A stretch of 64,000 nucleotides of DNA. Origin: Deltaproteobacteria bacterium (GTDB taxonomy: Bacteria; Myxococcota_A; Polyangia; JAAYKL01). The stretch lies in contig JAFGQN010000073.1 of assembly GCA_016935665.1 (NCBI GenBank), forward strand, positions 21,943-85,942. Reading direction: 5' to 3'. The notes under the pieces are model-generated. The model worked only from the letters and a program-made list of their open reading frames with translations. It was not told the DNA's origin and searched no databases. The number at the start of each line of letters is the position of its first letter. Position 1 is the stretch's first letter. Of the stretch, positions 51,175-60,107 are shown piece by piece. Made by a program: the position numbers and the translations under genes.

Positions 51175-52256
51175 CGGCAGCTCCTTTGCTTACAGAAAAT
51201 CAGGTACAGAAAAAAAGGCGCCCCAATCAATGCGGTGATAATACCCAGGGGAATTTCGACCGAAACGCTGGAACGGGCGATGTCATCAACAATCATTAAA
51301 TAGATGGCGCCTGTCAGCATGGAAAACGGGACCAGCGTTTTGTGATCGGGACCGGTTATCATTCTGCAGATGTGTGGAATAATCAACCCAACCCAGCCGA
51401 TGATGCCGCTGATTGAAATGGCCGCCGCGGTAATAACGGTTGAACAGACAATAATCATCAGGCGCAGAGGCCCGGTATTTACCCCAAGTGACCTGGCCTC
51501 ATCATCGCCAAAAGACAAAATATTGAGTTTCCAGCGAACCAGAAAAAGCGGAACGCTTCCCAGGGCAATTGGCAGCGCAACAGATCGCACATCATCCATG
51601 TTCACCGAGGCCAGACTTCCCATGAGCCAAAAGGTAATGGCCGGCAGTTTATCGGTGGGATCGGCCACATACTTTGTAAGCGAGATAAACGACGCGAAAA
51701 CCGTGCTGACCACCATTCCCACCAGAATCAGCATGATCACCGAATCGCTGTCCCGCTTGAGCGCCCGGCCAAACAGGCATGTGATGGACACGGCGACACT
51801 GCCAAAACCAAAGGCCATCAGCTGAACACCGGCCAGATTCATCGACAGCAGAATCCCAAGGGCGGCGCCAAACCCGGCCCCGCTTGACACACCCAGAATT
51901 CCCGGGGACACCATTGGATTTCTGAATATGCTCTGATAAATCGCGCCCGACAGCGAAAGCGCACTGCCGGTCATCGCCGCAGCCAGGATGCGCGGCAACC
52001 GAACGTTAAAGATAACCGTGTTGACGGTTGCAAAATCGTTCAGCGGCAACCGTGCCACTTTAAGCCACAGCAGCGTGAACAGCTGTTCGACACTCACGCC
52101 GTAACGACCGGTTGTAAAAGAAACAAGCACTGTGATCAGCAGCAATGCAAAATAAAACGCGCTGCTCTTTGCCAGTCTCCGAAAAAAACCTGGCTGGGAC
52201 GCTGCATTCAAAAATTGAGTCGACATTGGGTTTCCAATCGATAACTGCGCCTGCAT
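51171..52256 (-). CDS. FecCD-family ABC permease
   Basis: About 9 TM helices typical of BtuC/FecCD permeases. 4-nt overlap with the ATPase gene. Confidence 0.8.
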   Translation of the reverse strand: MQAQLSIGNPMSTQFLNAASQPGFFRRLAKSSAFYFALLLITVLVSFTTGRYGVSVEQLFTLLWLKVARLPLNDFATVNTVIFNVRLPRILAAAMTGSALSLSGAIYQSIFRNPMVSPGILGVSSGAGFGAALGILLSMNLAGVQLMAFGFGSVAVSITCLFGRALKRDSDSVIMLILVGMVVSTVFASFISLTKYVADPTDKLPAITFWLMGSLASVNMDDVRSVALPIALGSVPLFLVRWKLNILSFGDDEARSLGVNTGPLRLMIIVCSTVITAAAISISGIIGWVGLIIPHICRMITGPDHKTLVPFSMLTGAIYLMIVDDIARSSVSVEIPLGIITALIGAPFFLYLIFCKQRSCR

Positions 52257-52260
52257 CTTT

Positions 52261-53073
52261 TCAATCTGCTGTTATCCGCTGATGGGACGCCTCGGCGTCG
52301 TTCATGAGTTTTTGAATTTCCGCGAGAATATTAAACGCGATGCCTAAAGGATTGTTCTGCCCAATATCGAGCCCGATGGGGCTGTAAACCCGATCGTCAA
52401 TAACGCCCCCGTTGTCTGTAATCGCCTTAAACCGGGCAACAACCTTGTTGCGGCTGCCCATCATGCCAATGTAGGGAACAAGGGGGTTTTCAAGCAACTG
52501 TGCCAGCACCTCTCCGTCGTGCTGATGGCCATAGGTCATAATCACGCAGTAGCTCTGAGATGTGAGATGTATCCGTTCCGCGATGTGATCCCACTCGGCA
52601 ACCACCCGTTCGGCGGCGCCGGGGAACCTGGCTTTTGTGGCATACTCGGGACGGCTGTCAAATACACGATAGGGCTGCCCCAGCACCTCGCAAAGCTTTC
52701 CAAGGTGCTCCCCCACGTGACCGGCGCCAAAAATAACAATTTCCTTTTGCGCAACTATAGGCTCCACCAGAATGGAAAGCCGACCACCGCAGTCGCCCAC
52801 AACAACCGTATCGGCGTCTTCCTCTGACCACGCGTCTTCATTAAGAACATAATGAATCAGTCGGCATTTTCCGGCGGCAATGGCATTAATAGCCGCCTTT
52901 CTGGCGTGATGCTCAACACCGCCGCCCCCCACCGTGCCCGCGCAGACATCGTGAATATTGACCACCATTCGGGCGCCCTGTCCCTGAGGCGTGCTGCCTT
53001 TGCTTTCGACAATAGTTACCATCGCGCAGGGAATGCCCTGCCGGGTCCAGTGCATCAACTGTTCAAGCCACAT
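52261..53073 (-). CDS. XdhC/CoxI-family protein (molybdenum cofactor insertion chaperone-like)
   Basis: N-terminal XdhC_CoxI region and a C-terminal Rossmann domain (IVIFGAGHVGEHL). The ORF extends to 53091; the start is uncertain. Confidence 0.7.
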   Translation of the reverse strand: MWLEQLMHWTRQGIPCAMVTIVESKGSTPQGQGARMVVNIHDVCAGTVGGGGVEHHARKAAINAIAAGKCRLIHYVLNEDAWSEEDADTVVVGDCGGRLSILVEPIVAQKEIVIFGAGHVGEHLGKLCEVLGQPYRVFDSRPEYATKARFPGAAERVVAEWDHIAERIHLTSQSYCVIMTYGHQHDGEVLAQLLENPLVPYIGMMGSRNKVVARFKAITDNGGVIDDRVYSPIGLDIGQNNPLGIAFNILAEIQKLMNDAEASHQRITAD

Positions 53074-53854
53074 GAGATACCTCCAAATCAATTTCTGGTT
53101 GAATAATATTAAAATGCCGCACCGCGCCCGCTGGCGCTTTCTTCATACTCGTACCGCCGTGCTGCAGGTATGACATCAGTCCGTTGGCATCACACACCTC
53201 AGTCCCACCCGCCGCATGAATACCAAACTCGAAAAGCCGCGCGCTGACAGGAACAGTGGGACCGACAATAATGCGCGCTCTGGCGTTGGGTGTGCGTTTG
53301 ACGACATCGTGAAAAGTGCCATTGAGCAGGGTGAGTCCGGTGAGGAAAACCAGCGATGCATTTTTAAGCGGTTCATCCGCATCGTTCCAGTGAATGTCTC
53401 CAGCTCTTGGCGCCAGCTCAACAATGGTGACCGGATATCCCGACTGACGCCACATGGCTGCTGTCTCAAAATGGCCAATAAAGCAGCTGGGTTCGGTTAT
53501 AACACACTCTGCAAAGTGCGCCATCGCATCACCATATCTGACTTTCTGTGGCTCACGAATGCCTGCGTTGAGGCAGGCCATGGCGGCTGCCCGATGCACG
53601 ACTTCTCTTGAAGCGAACCCCTCTGCCACCACGTCACGGACCGGTCGTCCGAGCCAGTGCGATATATCGGTATTCCCAGGGCACAGCAGGTCGGTTGCAG
53701 GTTCAGGAATACTGACCACCGCGACTCTGTCAACGCAGGCGACCACCCAGTGACGAAAAACGTGCAGGGACGCCACTGTCGAATCGGGGTTCGCCAGGTC
53801 TTTTAGCAATGATTGAACAAGTCTCTGATTCATAATGTATTCTCCCTTATTCAC
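53063..53854 (-). CDS. DUF364/DUF4213-like protein (Rossmann-like, putative metal-chelate handling); paralog of 61317..62087
   Basis: About 45% identity by eye to the 61317..62087 product over the full length. Confidence 0.55.
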   Translation of the reverse strand: MNKGEYIMNQRLVQSLLKDLANPDSTVASLHVFRHWVVACVDRVAVVSIPEPATDLLCPGNTDISHWLGRPVRDVVAEGFASREVVHRAAAMACLNAGIREPQKVRYGDAMAHFAECVITEPSCFIGHFETAAMWRQSGYPVTIVELAPRAGDIHWNDADEPLKNASLVFLTGLTLLNGTFHDVVKRTPNARARIIVGPTVPVSARLFEFGIHAAGGTEVCDANGLMSYLQHGGTSMKKAPAGAVRHFNIIQPEIDLEVSHVA

Positions 53855-53878
53855 TTTTCCATCGATGCTGCGCCTGCA

Positions 53879-56071
53879 TTAAATCTGCGTTCCGACGCCA
53901 ACAATTATTTCGCGCCCCGGTCTGGGTTCGAAGCGACCAATGACATAGTTGGCGTCTGTGAGATTAAAACCGTCGATATACAGGTAACCGCCCTTAAGCG
54001 GCGCAAAGACCGGTTCATAGCGGATATGACTGTTCAGTAAAACAAAGTCAGGCGTCCGGTCCCTTACCCACTGGTTCGTCGCGTCAGAGTATTCTGCGTG
54101 CTGACCGGAATTGTACACAGCCTCCAACGAGGCGGTCAGTCCAAAATCGAAATTGAGACGGGCACCGGCCACAACCCTGTGAGGCGTGATATAGTTGATG
54201 CGAATGTCGTTTATGAGATCTTTCGAAAAAAGATATCGGTATCCCCCGTGAATCTCAAAAAGCGGAACCGGCGTGTACCGAATGTCGAACTCGGTGCCTG
54301 CAGTAACTGCGCGACCAATATTGTCAAACGTGCCCTCGTTTTTTTCGATGAGATTGCGAATGCGGCTGCCAAAAACATGAAACGAGGTATCAAGGCCGGC
54401 AAAGGGGATGTCACTGCTTTCCAGACCAAGCTCTCCCATCCACGCCTCTTCCGGCTCAAGGTCCAGATTGCCTCCCACCACATTTTCGAAGAGCTCCTTC
54501 AACAGGGGAAGCCGCACCTTATGTCCCACTTCGGCTGTTGCCCGAATTCTTTTCGAAAAAGTAACCTCCGCTGCGAAACGCCCCTCAATACCCGGAATCA
54601 ACCGGTTGTCCACAGGCAGGCTCTCACCCTCAACCTTTTGAGCCAGCAATGACATGCCGCTAACACCCAGCCCGGCATTGAGGCGCAGCTTTCCCAACAC
54701 CTGTGTGTCTTCAATGGCCGCGGTATATTTATGGGATACATAGTGCTCCCACGCCCCCCACCGCGTTGCGCCATTTTCGTTCGGCACGGGCAAATCGTGC
54801 TGTCGATGACGATCGAGATCATAATGAAGCCTGAGCTGAAGGGTATTGCCACTGACAAGCGCCCACTGTCCGGCAATATCGGCGCCAAAGCTTTCGTTGG
54901 CATAAGCGGATTTTATAAACCACGCTTTGGGATTGTCTGTTAAATGCGTGTGGGTGGCGTCTGTGTAATCATGAAGACCATCGCGATGAATATGCGTGTA
55001 CAGATGTGCTTCAATGCCCCTGAACCCAAAGGTTGCCGGCATGGTTTCAGGCCCCAGCGTTCCTTTTAGCCCCACAAGAAAGGTATCGTAGCGATTAAAG
55101 CGCCAGTATCTTGTAAACCCGCTTTGCGTAAACGGTGGAATGCTGCGGGGCGCATGAATGGTGTTGGCAAAAAGGGTCAGTGATTTGTTGCGGCGAGGTG
55201 CATAGCGGGTCATCAGCGTGAGCGACGCCCTCTGATAGTCGCTGCCATCGCGCACGCCACCCGATTCATGATAGGAAACGTTTTTTTCGGTTTCCTTATA
55301 TGAGTCCGACAACGGGTACCCATCGGAGCGCTCGTAACCGGCGCCAAAAAAAGTGGTGACATCTCCAGTCTGAAAGCACAGGTTTGATCTGGCGCCAAAC
55401 AGGGTCATCTCACCATCGGAAGGACGGCTATACACCGTTGTATCCATGGTTTGACGGCATGCATCGGGAACACTCAGACGCACAACACCACCGGTTGTAT
55501 TGGGACCATAAAGCGGTGAGACAACCCCTTTTTCGAGTGTAATATCTGCAAGGGCAAACACCGGCAGCGCGTCGATTTCGAAATGGCCGTCATACACTTC
55601 TGCAACAGGGATGCCTTCGAAAAGAATCTGGATTGATTTCTCATTATAGCCACGAATCTGCAGCGTGGCCCCGGTCTTTGGAGCCCTGTTCACCTCCACT
55701 GCGGGTTCAAACGACAACACATCGGGTACAGTGCGCGCACCGCGGCGCTGAATTTCATCACTGTCTATTTTTGTTCTTGTCCCAACCGGTTCAGTCCGTT
55801 TTGCCAAAACGACTGTGGTGTACCCCTCATCTGTTGCCACTTCGCCAGTGTCATCCGTTTTTGTCTGTGCAAAAAGGGATGTGGAAATACCCAGCACTAT
55901 TCCTGTAAAAGTCGCTGGAATTACGGATGAAATGAAGATGTTTTTACGTGGACGACGCTGTTGGTTCATAGTGGTTACCATCGCTACACACTTTCCCATG
56001 CAGAATTTTTTTCTGCGGCAAATCCGCCGAATGGATGTATCCGGCATCCCGGTGGCGCCGTATTGGTTCAT
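53879..56071 (-). CDS. TonB-dependent outer-membrane receptor
   Basis: Signal peptide, TonB-box-like region and plug domain (GATLQIRGYNEKSIQILFEGIPVAEVYDGHFEIDALP ... GGVVRL), followed by a long beta-barrel. An alternative start lies at 55969. Confidence 0.8.
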   Translation of the reverse strand: MNQYGATGMPDTSIRRICRRKKFCMGKCVAMVTTMNQQRRPRKNIFISSVIPATFTGIVLGISTSLFAQTKTDDTGEVATDEGYTTVVLAKRTEPVGTRTKIDSDEIQRRGARTVPDVLSFEPAVEVNRAPKTGATLQIRGYNEKSIQILFEGIPVAEVYDGHFEIDALPVFALADITLEKGVVSPLYGPNTTGGVVRLSVPDACRQTMDTTVYSRPSDGEMTLFGARSNLCFQTGDVTTFFGAGYERSDGYPLSDSYKETEKNVSYHESGGVRDGSDYQRASLTLMTRYAPRRNKSLTLFANTIHAPRSIPPFTQSGFTRYWRFNRYDTFLVGLKGTLGPETMPATFGFRGIEAHLYTHIHRDGLHDYTDATHTHLTDNPKAWFIKSAYANESFGADIAGQWALVSGNTLQLRLHYDLDRHRQHDLPVPNENGATRWGAWEHYVSHKYTAAIEDTQVLGKLRLNAGLGVSGMSLLAQKVEGESLPVDNRLIPGIEGRFAAEVTFSKRIRATAEVGHKVRLPLLKELFENVVGGNLDLEPEEAWMGELGLESSDIPFAGLDTSFHVFGSRIRNLIEKNEGTFDNIGRAVTAGTEFDIRYTPVPLFEIHGGYRYLFSKDLINDIRINYITPHRVVAGARLNFDFGLTASLEAVYNSGQHAEYSDATNQWVRDRTPDFVLLNSHIRYEPVFAPLKGGYLYIDGFNLTDANYVIGRFEPRPGREIIVGVGTQI

Positions 56072-56143
56072 CGCAATGCAAATGCGTTGGGTTTGTCTCC
56101 CTCTCGCATTATCGTTATGCTTTCGAACTATAACGACTGGCCT

Positions 56144-56174
56144 TCGTTATTCTGCCATAGCATAACGCGTGCCA
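56144..56174 (-). promoter_or_regulatory. Conserved cis-element copy C (sigma-54-like TGGCAC-N-GC core plus CGTTAT-N11-ATAACG inverted repeat) upstream of the TonB receptor operon
   Basis: Minus strand reads TGGCACGCGTTATGCTATGGCAGAATAACGA, 73 nt upstream of the 56071 ATG. It matches copies A and B. Confidence 0.55.
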
Positions 56175-56585
56175 TCAATGGTGCTGACCTTGCTTTCGGG
56201 CATCTGCGCGCAGGAGTTTTCGCCTCGCCCGTCAAATTTTTAACTGAGGAAAAATGCGCGAATTATAACGGCACAACTAAGAAAAACATTAAAATCACAG
56301 GACAGAAACGGCGTTGCCGGGGTTGGCAACGGCCATCTGTTTTCTCGCATCACGCCTTGCGTCACAAAAACTATTGTGTAAGTAATTATCCTTGCGACAC
56401 CGGCGGAAAGACACTTTGAGTGGATCTTTTTTGTTACATATATGTTGTTTGAAAGCATTCAATTCTACATCATTGTCAGAAATGGCATCAGAGATCACGG
56501 CGCTGAAAACCGCTTCTCCAAAAGAGAACGTAAAAAAAAGGGAATCACAACAATGCAAACGGTTTGAGAATGATACCAGGGCGCA

Positions 56586-57665
56586 TCAGCACGCCTGGAT
56601 GGCAGCGGTTTTAAACAGGCACCATACATTTCGACCTGGTTCCATGCACATGCGCCGTTGTGACTCGCCGGTTATTTCAACCAAAAGCCTGAAGCCTACA
56701 TCAACAGCGCATAATGTGGAGCCGTTTCGTTCGACAATGTCTTCAATTTTACCTTCGATCTGATTTTGAATGGTGACATTGTCAAGTGCCGAAAATGACA
56801 GGGAAATGTCATCTGCCCCCACAAACAGTTTTACCGACTGCCCCGGCGATGAGTTCACTTTTCCCATGTCACATTTTACGCAGACCCTTCGTGAATTATT
56901 TTTCAAGCATAAAAAGGTAAGCCCCGTAGCTTTGTCCGTTCCCGCAACCTGCATCTCAACGGCATTGAGAGGCGAGCGTTTTCCGATTATCTCTGCAGAT
57001 TTATCCGATTTTAACAGTTGGTAGTATTCATCGTGGCCAACACACTTGCCGTCTTTAATAAGACAAAGGGTATTGGTCAATTTCAGCAGGTCCGGCAGGT
57101 CGTGACTGACAACCAGAATTGGCATGTTAAATGTGCGTTGAACCTTTAATATAAACGGCAGAATCTGCTCCCGCAATTGCATATCCACAGCGGAAAATGG
57201 TTCGTCCAAAAAGAGTATGTCCGGTGATGACAAAAGCGATCTGCCCAGCGCTGTCCGTTGTCGCTCGCCGCCGGATATGGCCGACGGCTTGCATTTAAGA
57301 AGGTGTTTCAAATCGAGCATGTCGACAACATCATCAAAAAACACGGTTGCAGCTCTGTCTTTTTTCACGCCGTATCTCAGATTTTTTTCCACTGTCATAT
57401 GAGGAAACAGTCGGCCCTCCTGAAACACATACCCCACATTGCGATTTTCAACGGGAACATTCACACCTTTTTCCAAATCCAGCAGCACTCTGTCTCCGGC
57501 GACAATGCGCCCTTTTTTAGGCTTCACCAAACCCGCCAGTGCCTGCAGCAGCGACGTCTTTCCAGATCCGCTTTGCCCAAAGATTCCGGTAATCCCGTTT
57601 TGAAACGTTTCGCGTATCTCCACATCGAAATGTTTTCTTTCAAGAACAATATCCACATCTATCAT
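56586..57665 (-). CDS. modC: Molybdate ABC transporter ATP-binding protein ModC (with C-terminal TOBE/Mop-like domain)
   Basis: Walker A GQSGSGKTS, LSGGERQR signature and a C-terminal about 130-aa TOBE-like domain. Confidence 0.75.
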   Translation of the reverse strand: MIDVDIVLERKHFDVEIRETFQNGITGIFGQSGSGKTSLLQALAGLVKPKKGRIVAGDRVLLDLEKGVNVPVENRNVGYVFQEGRLFPHMTVEKNLRYGVKKDRAATVFFDDVVDMLDLKHLLKCKPSAISGGERQRTALGRSLLSSPDILFLDEPFSAVDMQLREQILPFILKVQRTFNMPILVVSHDLPDLLKLTNTLCLIKDGKCVGHDEYYQLLKSDKSAEIIGKRSPLNAVEMQVAGTDKATGLTFLCLKNNSRRVCVKCDMGKVNSSPGQSVKLFVGADDISLSFSALDNVTIQNQIEGKIEDIVERNGSTLCAVDVGFRLLVEITGESQRRMCMEPGRNVWCLFKTAAIQAC

Positions 57666-57728
57666 AATTCACTTCCGGCATTTTCATTGGTCAAATGAAC
57701 CTTTTCACGAGTTTTCAACATGCCACTT

Positions 57729-58043
57729 TCAAAGGCGAGCTGTCTTCATTCGGCGCAGATACCATTGAGACAATGCCATTGCTAAAAAAGAAATCAGCAC
57801 TGACACCATCACCATACGAAAGGTGGCGTGTTCTCTGCGGTATTTAATGTGCTGTCCGAAGGCGTTGTCAGTGCCAAATCGTTTTGCGGGTTTCATGATC
57901 TCACCGAACCCATTAACAGGCGTTGCAGCGGCTTTGGCATCGCTTGTAAACAAATTCGACCTGCAGGAAGGCAAAAGCATCAGCGCCAGAAATGCTGCGC
58001 GAACAGATGGCCACATTGTCCTGTGTAATTTCGATTTAATCAT
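57729..58043 (-). CDS. Small hypothetical lipoprotein/membrane protein upstream of modC
   Basis: LLPSC lipobox-like motif and a C-terminal TM segment. The start is uncertain. Confidence 0.3.
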   Translation of the reverse strand: MIKSKLHRTMWPSVRAAFLALMLLPSCRSNLFTSDAKAAATPVNGFGEIMKPAKRFGTDNAFGQHIKYRREHATFRMVMVSVLISFLAMALSQWYLRRMKTARL

Positions 58044-58401
58044 CTTTCCTACTCGGTAAGGGTCAGGTTGAAGATTTGCGTTATATGCATCGCAAATAAC
58101 GTACCATGCACCACAGTGAGGCGACACCGCCGCTGCCGCCTGAAAAATTCAGTATCTCGCGCTTTGAAGACTTTACAGGTGTCCATCAAATTAACTTTGG
58201 AAAGTTACATTTGGGTACTTTTGGATGAGAAATGCTACAATTCGGAATATTCCAGAAAGCGTCGACCATTCGTGGCGCTATTTACCAATTCATTGCAGTG
58301 TCAGAGTTCAGAATTGTACAAACTTTGAGTTTTTGCCACGCTCTCAAATACTGGCAACGCCTGATTGGTGCAGTATCCCGTCATGTCCTCAATGCAGATT
58401 G

Positions 58402-58430
58402 TGGCACGTTATATGCGATAAGAATAACGA
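58402..58430 (+). promoter_or_regulatory. Conserved cis-element copy A upstream of modA (and divergent from the modC side)
   Basis: TGGCACGTTATATGCGATAAGAATAACGA, 52 nt before the modA ATG. GG-N10-GC spacing as in sigma-54 promoters. Inverted repeat CGTTAT/ATAACG with an 11-nt spacer. Confidence 0.55.
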
Positions 58431-58481
58431 TGCGGCAATAAAAAAAAATGACTTTTTTTATATTTCAAAGGAGCATCTGCC

Positions 58482-59258
58482 ATGTCATGCACACGTGTGT
58501 TAATTTTCGCTTTTGGCGTCCATTTTATGCTTGCCTGTTCGCCGGAACCACCACAACCCACCGATATGCTCAATGGAAAATCTGCTGGTGGACCTGCTGA
58601 AATCTTCGTCGCCAGTGGCGCAGGGTATCGAAAACCCATTGACGAAATAAAATTTCTCTTCGAAAAGAAAACGGCCATCGCCGTGAACTGCATTTATGGA
58701 AACATGCGGCAGATTACCACTCAGGCAAAAACCAGCGGTAAAGTAGCTGTCATTATAGGCGACGTTAAATTTTTAAACAAAATGGACATTTCGTTTAAAA
58801 AGGAAACCGCCATCGGCATTGGCAGACTCGTCATTGCGGCACGGAAAAACCTACCGCTGAATGGTATTGATGATCTGACGAAATCCGAGTTTGACCGAAT
58901 TATTGTCCCGGATTCAAAAAAGGCAATATATGGCCGAGCCGCCTTTGAAGCCATGACCAAACGGAACATTTATAAACAAATACAACCCCGACTGATCACC
59001 GTTCAAACCGTTCCCCAGGTCACATCGTATCTGGCAGGCGGCACCGCTCAGGCCGGCTTCATGAACCGAGCCGATTTTCTCTCCCTCAACCCCAATAAAT
59101 TCAAGGCAATCGACATAGACAGGTCACTATATGAATCAATTATTATTGAAGCGGCCCTAACCGAACACGCAACAGACGCGGCCGAGCAATACATGCGCTT
59201 CCTGCAAAGCGATGCCGCGAAAGGCGTGTTTGACAGGTTTGGTTTAGGTCTTGAATAA
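58482..59258 (+). CDS. modA: Molybdate ABC transporter substrate-binding protein ModA-like
   Basis: Signal peptide and a PBP2-type fold resembling the ModA family (IFVASGAGYRKPIDEI ... AAKGVFDRFGL). Confidence 0.7.
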   Translation: MSCTRVLIFAFGVHFMLACSPEPPQPTDMLNGKSAGGPAEIFVASGAGYRKPIDEIKFLFEKKTAIAVNCIYGNMRQITTQAKTSGKVAVIIGDVKFLNKMDISFKKETAIGIGRLVIAARKNLPLNGIDDLTKSEFDRIIVPDSKKAIYGRAAFEAMTKRNIYKQIQPRLITVQTVPQVTSYLAGGTAQAGFMNRADFLSLNPNKFKAIDIDRSLYESIIIEAALTEHATDAAEQYMRFLQSDAAKGVFDRFGLGLE

Positions 59259-59926
59259 TGCGCGTTCACCTTTTTGCCGATAGACTGTTTTCTCTATCGC
59301 TTTCGTTTAAAATTGTGTTTGCCGCACTGCCGATTCTGCTGCTCGTTGCGATGCTTATATCTTTTTGGGCCATGAATGCGAGAGGCAGCACGCGATTGTG
59401 TATCGATGTGTGCCTGACACTTCCCATTATTTTCCCCCCAATCGGCATCGGTTTCCTGCTGGTGTATCTGTTTGGCGCGCACGGCATACTTGGGCAGATA
59501 TTGGGTATTGACCTGATATTCAGCTTTCCAGGACTGGTGCTGGCCGCCTGCATTACCGGGATTCCTTTTATTGCGCAGCCGATTGTTACAGGCATGGACG
59601 GCAGGCTTATCAATCTGTGCGAGGCCTCCCATACCATGGGCAAAGGGAGAACCACCACTTTTTTCAGGCTGGTTTTGCCCTTGTTAAAAAGCAATATTAT
59701 CGCCGGCGCTCTGCTTGCCAGTGCGCGTATTCTTGGAGAAGTGGGCATTTCTCTGATGATAGGTGGCAACATCAAAAACAAAACAAACACCATCTCTCTT
59801 GAAATCTACAACGCGGTACTGGACGGTGAAAACCATGAAGCGCTAGTGTTGTCTTTGTTTCTCATTGTCATTTCAATTTTAATATTCTCCTTAATCAGAT
59901 TTTTAACCCGTAAAGAAACCTGGTAA
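59258..59926 (+). CDS. modB: Molybdate ABC transporter permease ModB-like
   Basis: Five to six TM helices with an EAA-like loop (CEASHTMGKGRTTTFFRLVLP). Translationally coupled to modA. Confidence 0.75.
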   Translation: MRVHLFADRLFSLSLSFKIVFAALPILLLVAMLISFWAMNARGSTRLCIDVCLTLPIIFPPIGIGFLLVYLFGAHGILGQILGIDLIFSFPGLVLAACITGIPFIAQPIVTGMDGRLINLCEASHTMGKGRTTTFFRLVLPLLKSNIIAGALLASARILGEVGISLMIGGNIKNKTNTISLEIYNAVLDGENHEALVLSLFLIVISILIFSLIRFLTRKETW

Positions 59927-60009
59927 TCAGACAGTGGCGGCTCGAAATACGCGGCGATTTTAAGTCGTGAATGGGCTCTCATTGGTTCCATGCAGTCCAG
60001 TATCCAAAC

Positions 60010-60038
60010 TGGCACGTTATATGCTCTCAGAATAACGA
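60010..60038 (+). promoter_or_regulatory. Conserved cis-element copy B upstream of the porin gene
   Basis: TGGCACGTTATATGCTCTCAGAATAACGA, 70 nt before the porin ATG. An upstream block ATTGGT..GCAGT..CAGTATCC is also shared with copy A. Confidence 0.55.
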
Positions 60039-60107
60039 AACCGAAGCGCACTCTTTCGGAGTGGCGTTCCATTGAAACGGCTGTTCACCTGATGCGGAGG
60101 TAAAGTT

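Noticed and set aside
56072-56585. Possible cobalamin riboswitch upstream of the TonB-dependent receptor
   Set aside because: The context (TonB receptor plus a BtuFCD-like importer) suggested it. However, no B12-box-like sequence (GCCACTG core) and no GGTG..AA..CC conserved stems were found on the minus strand. The region instead carries the TGGCAC / inverted-repeat element shared with modA and the porin gene.
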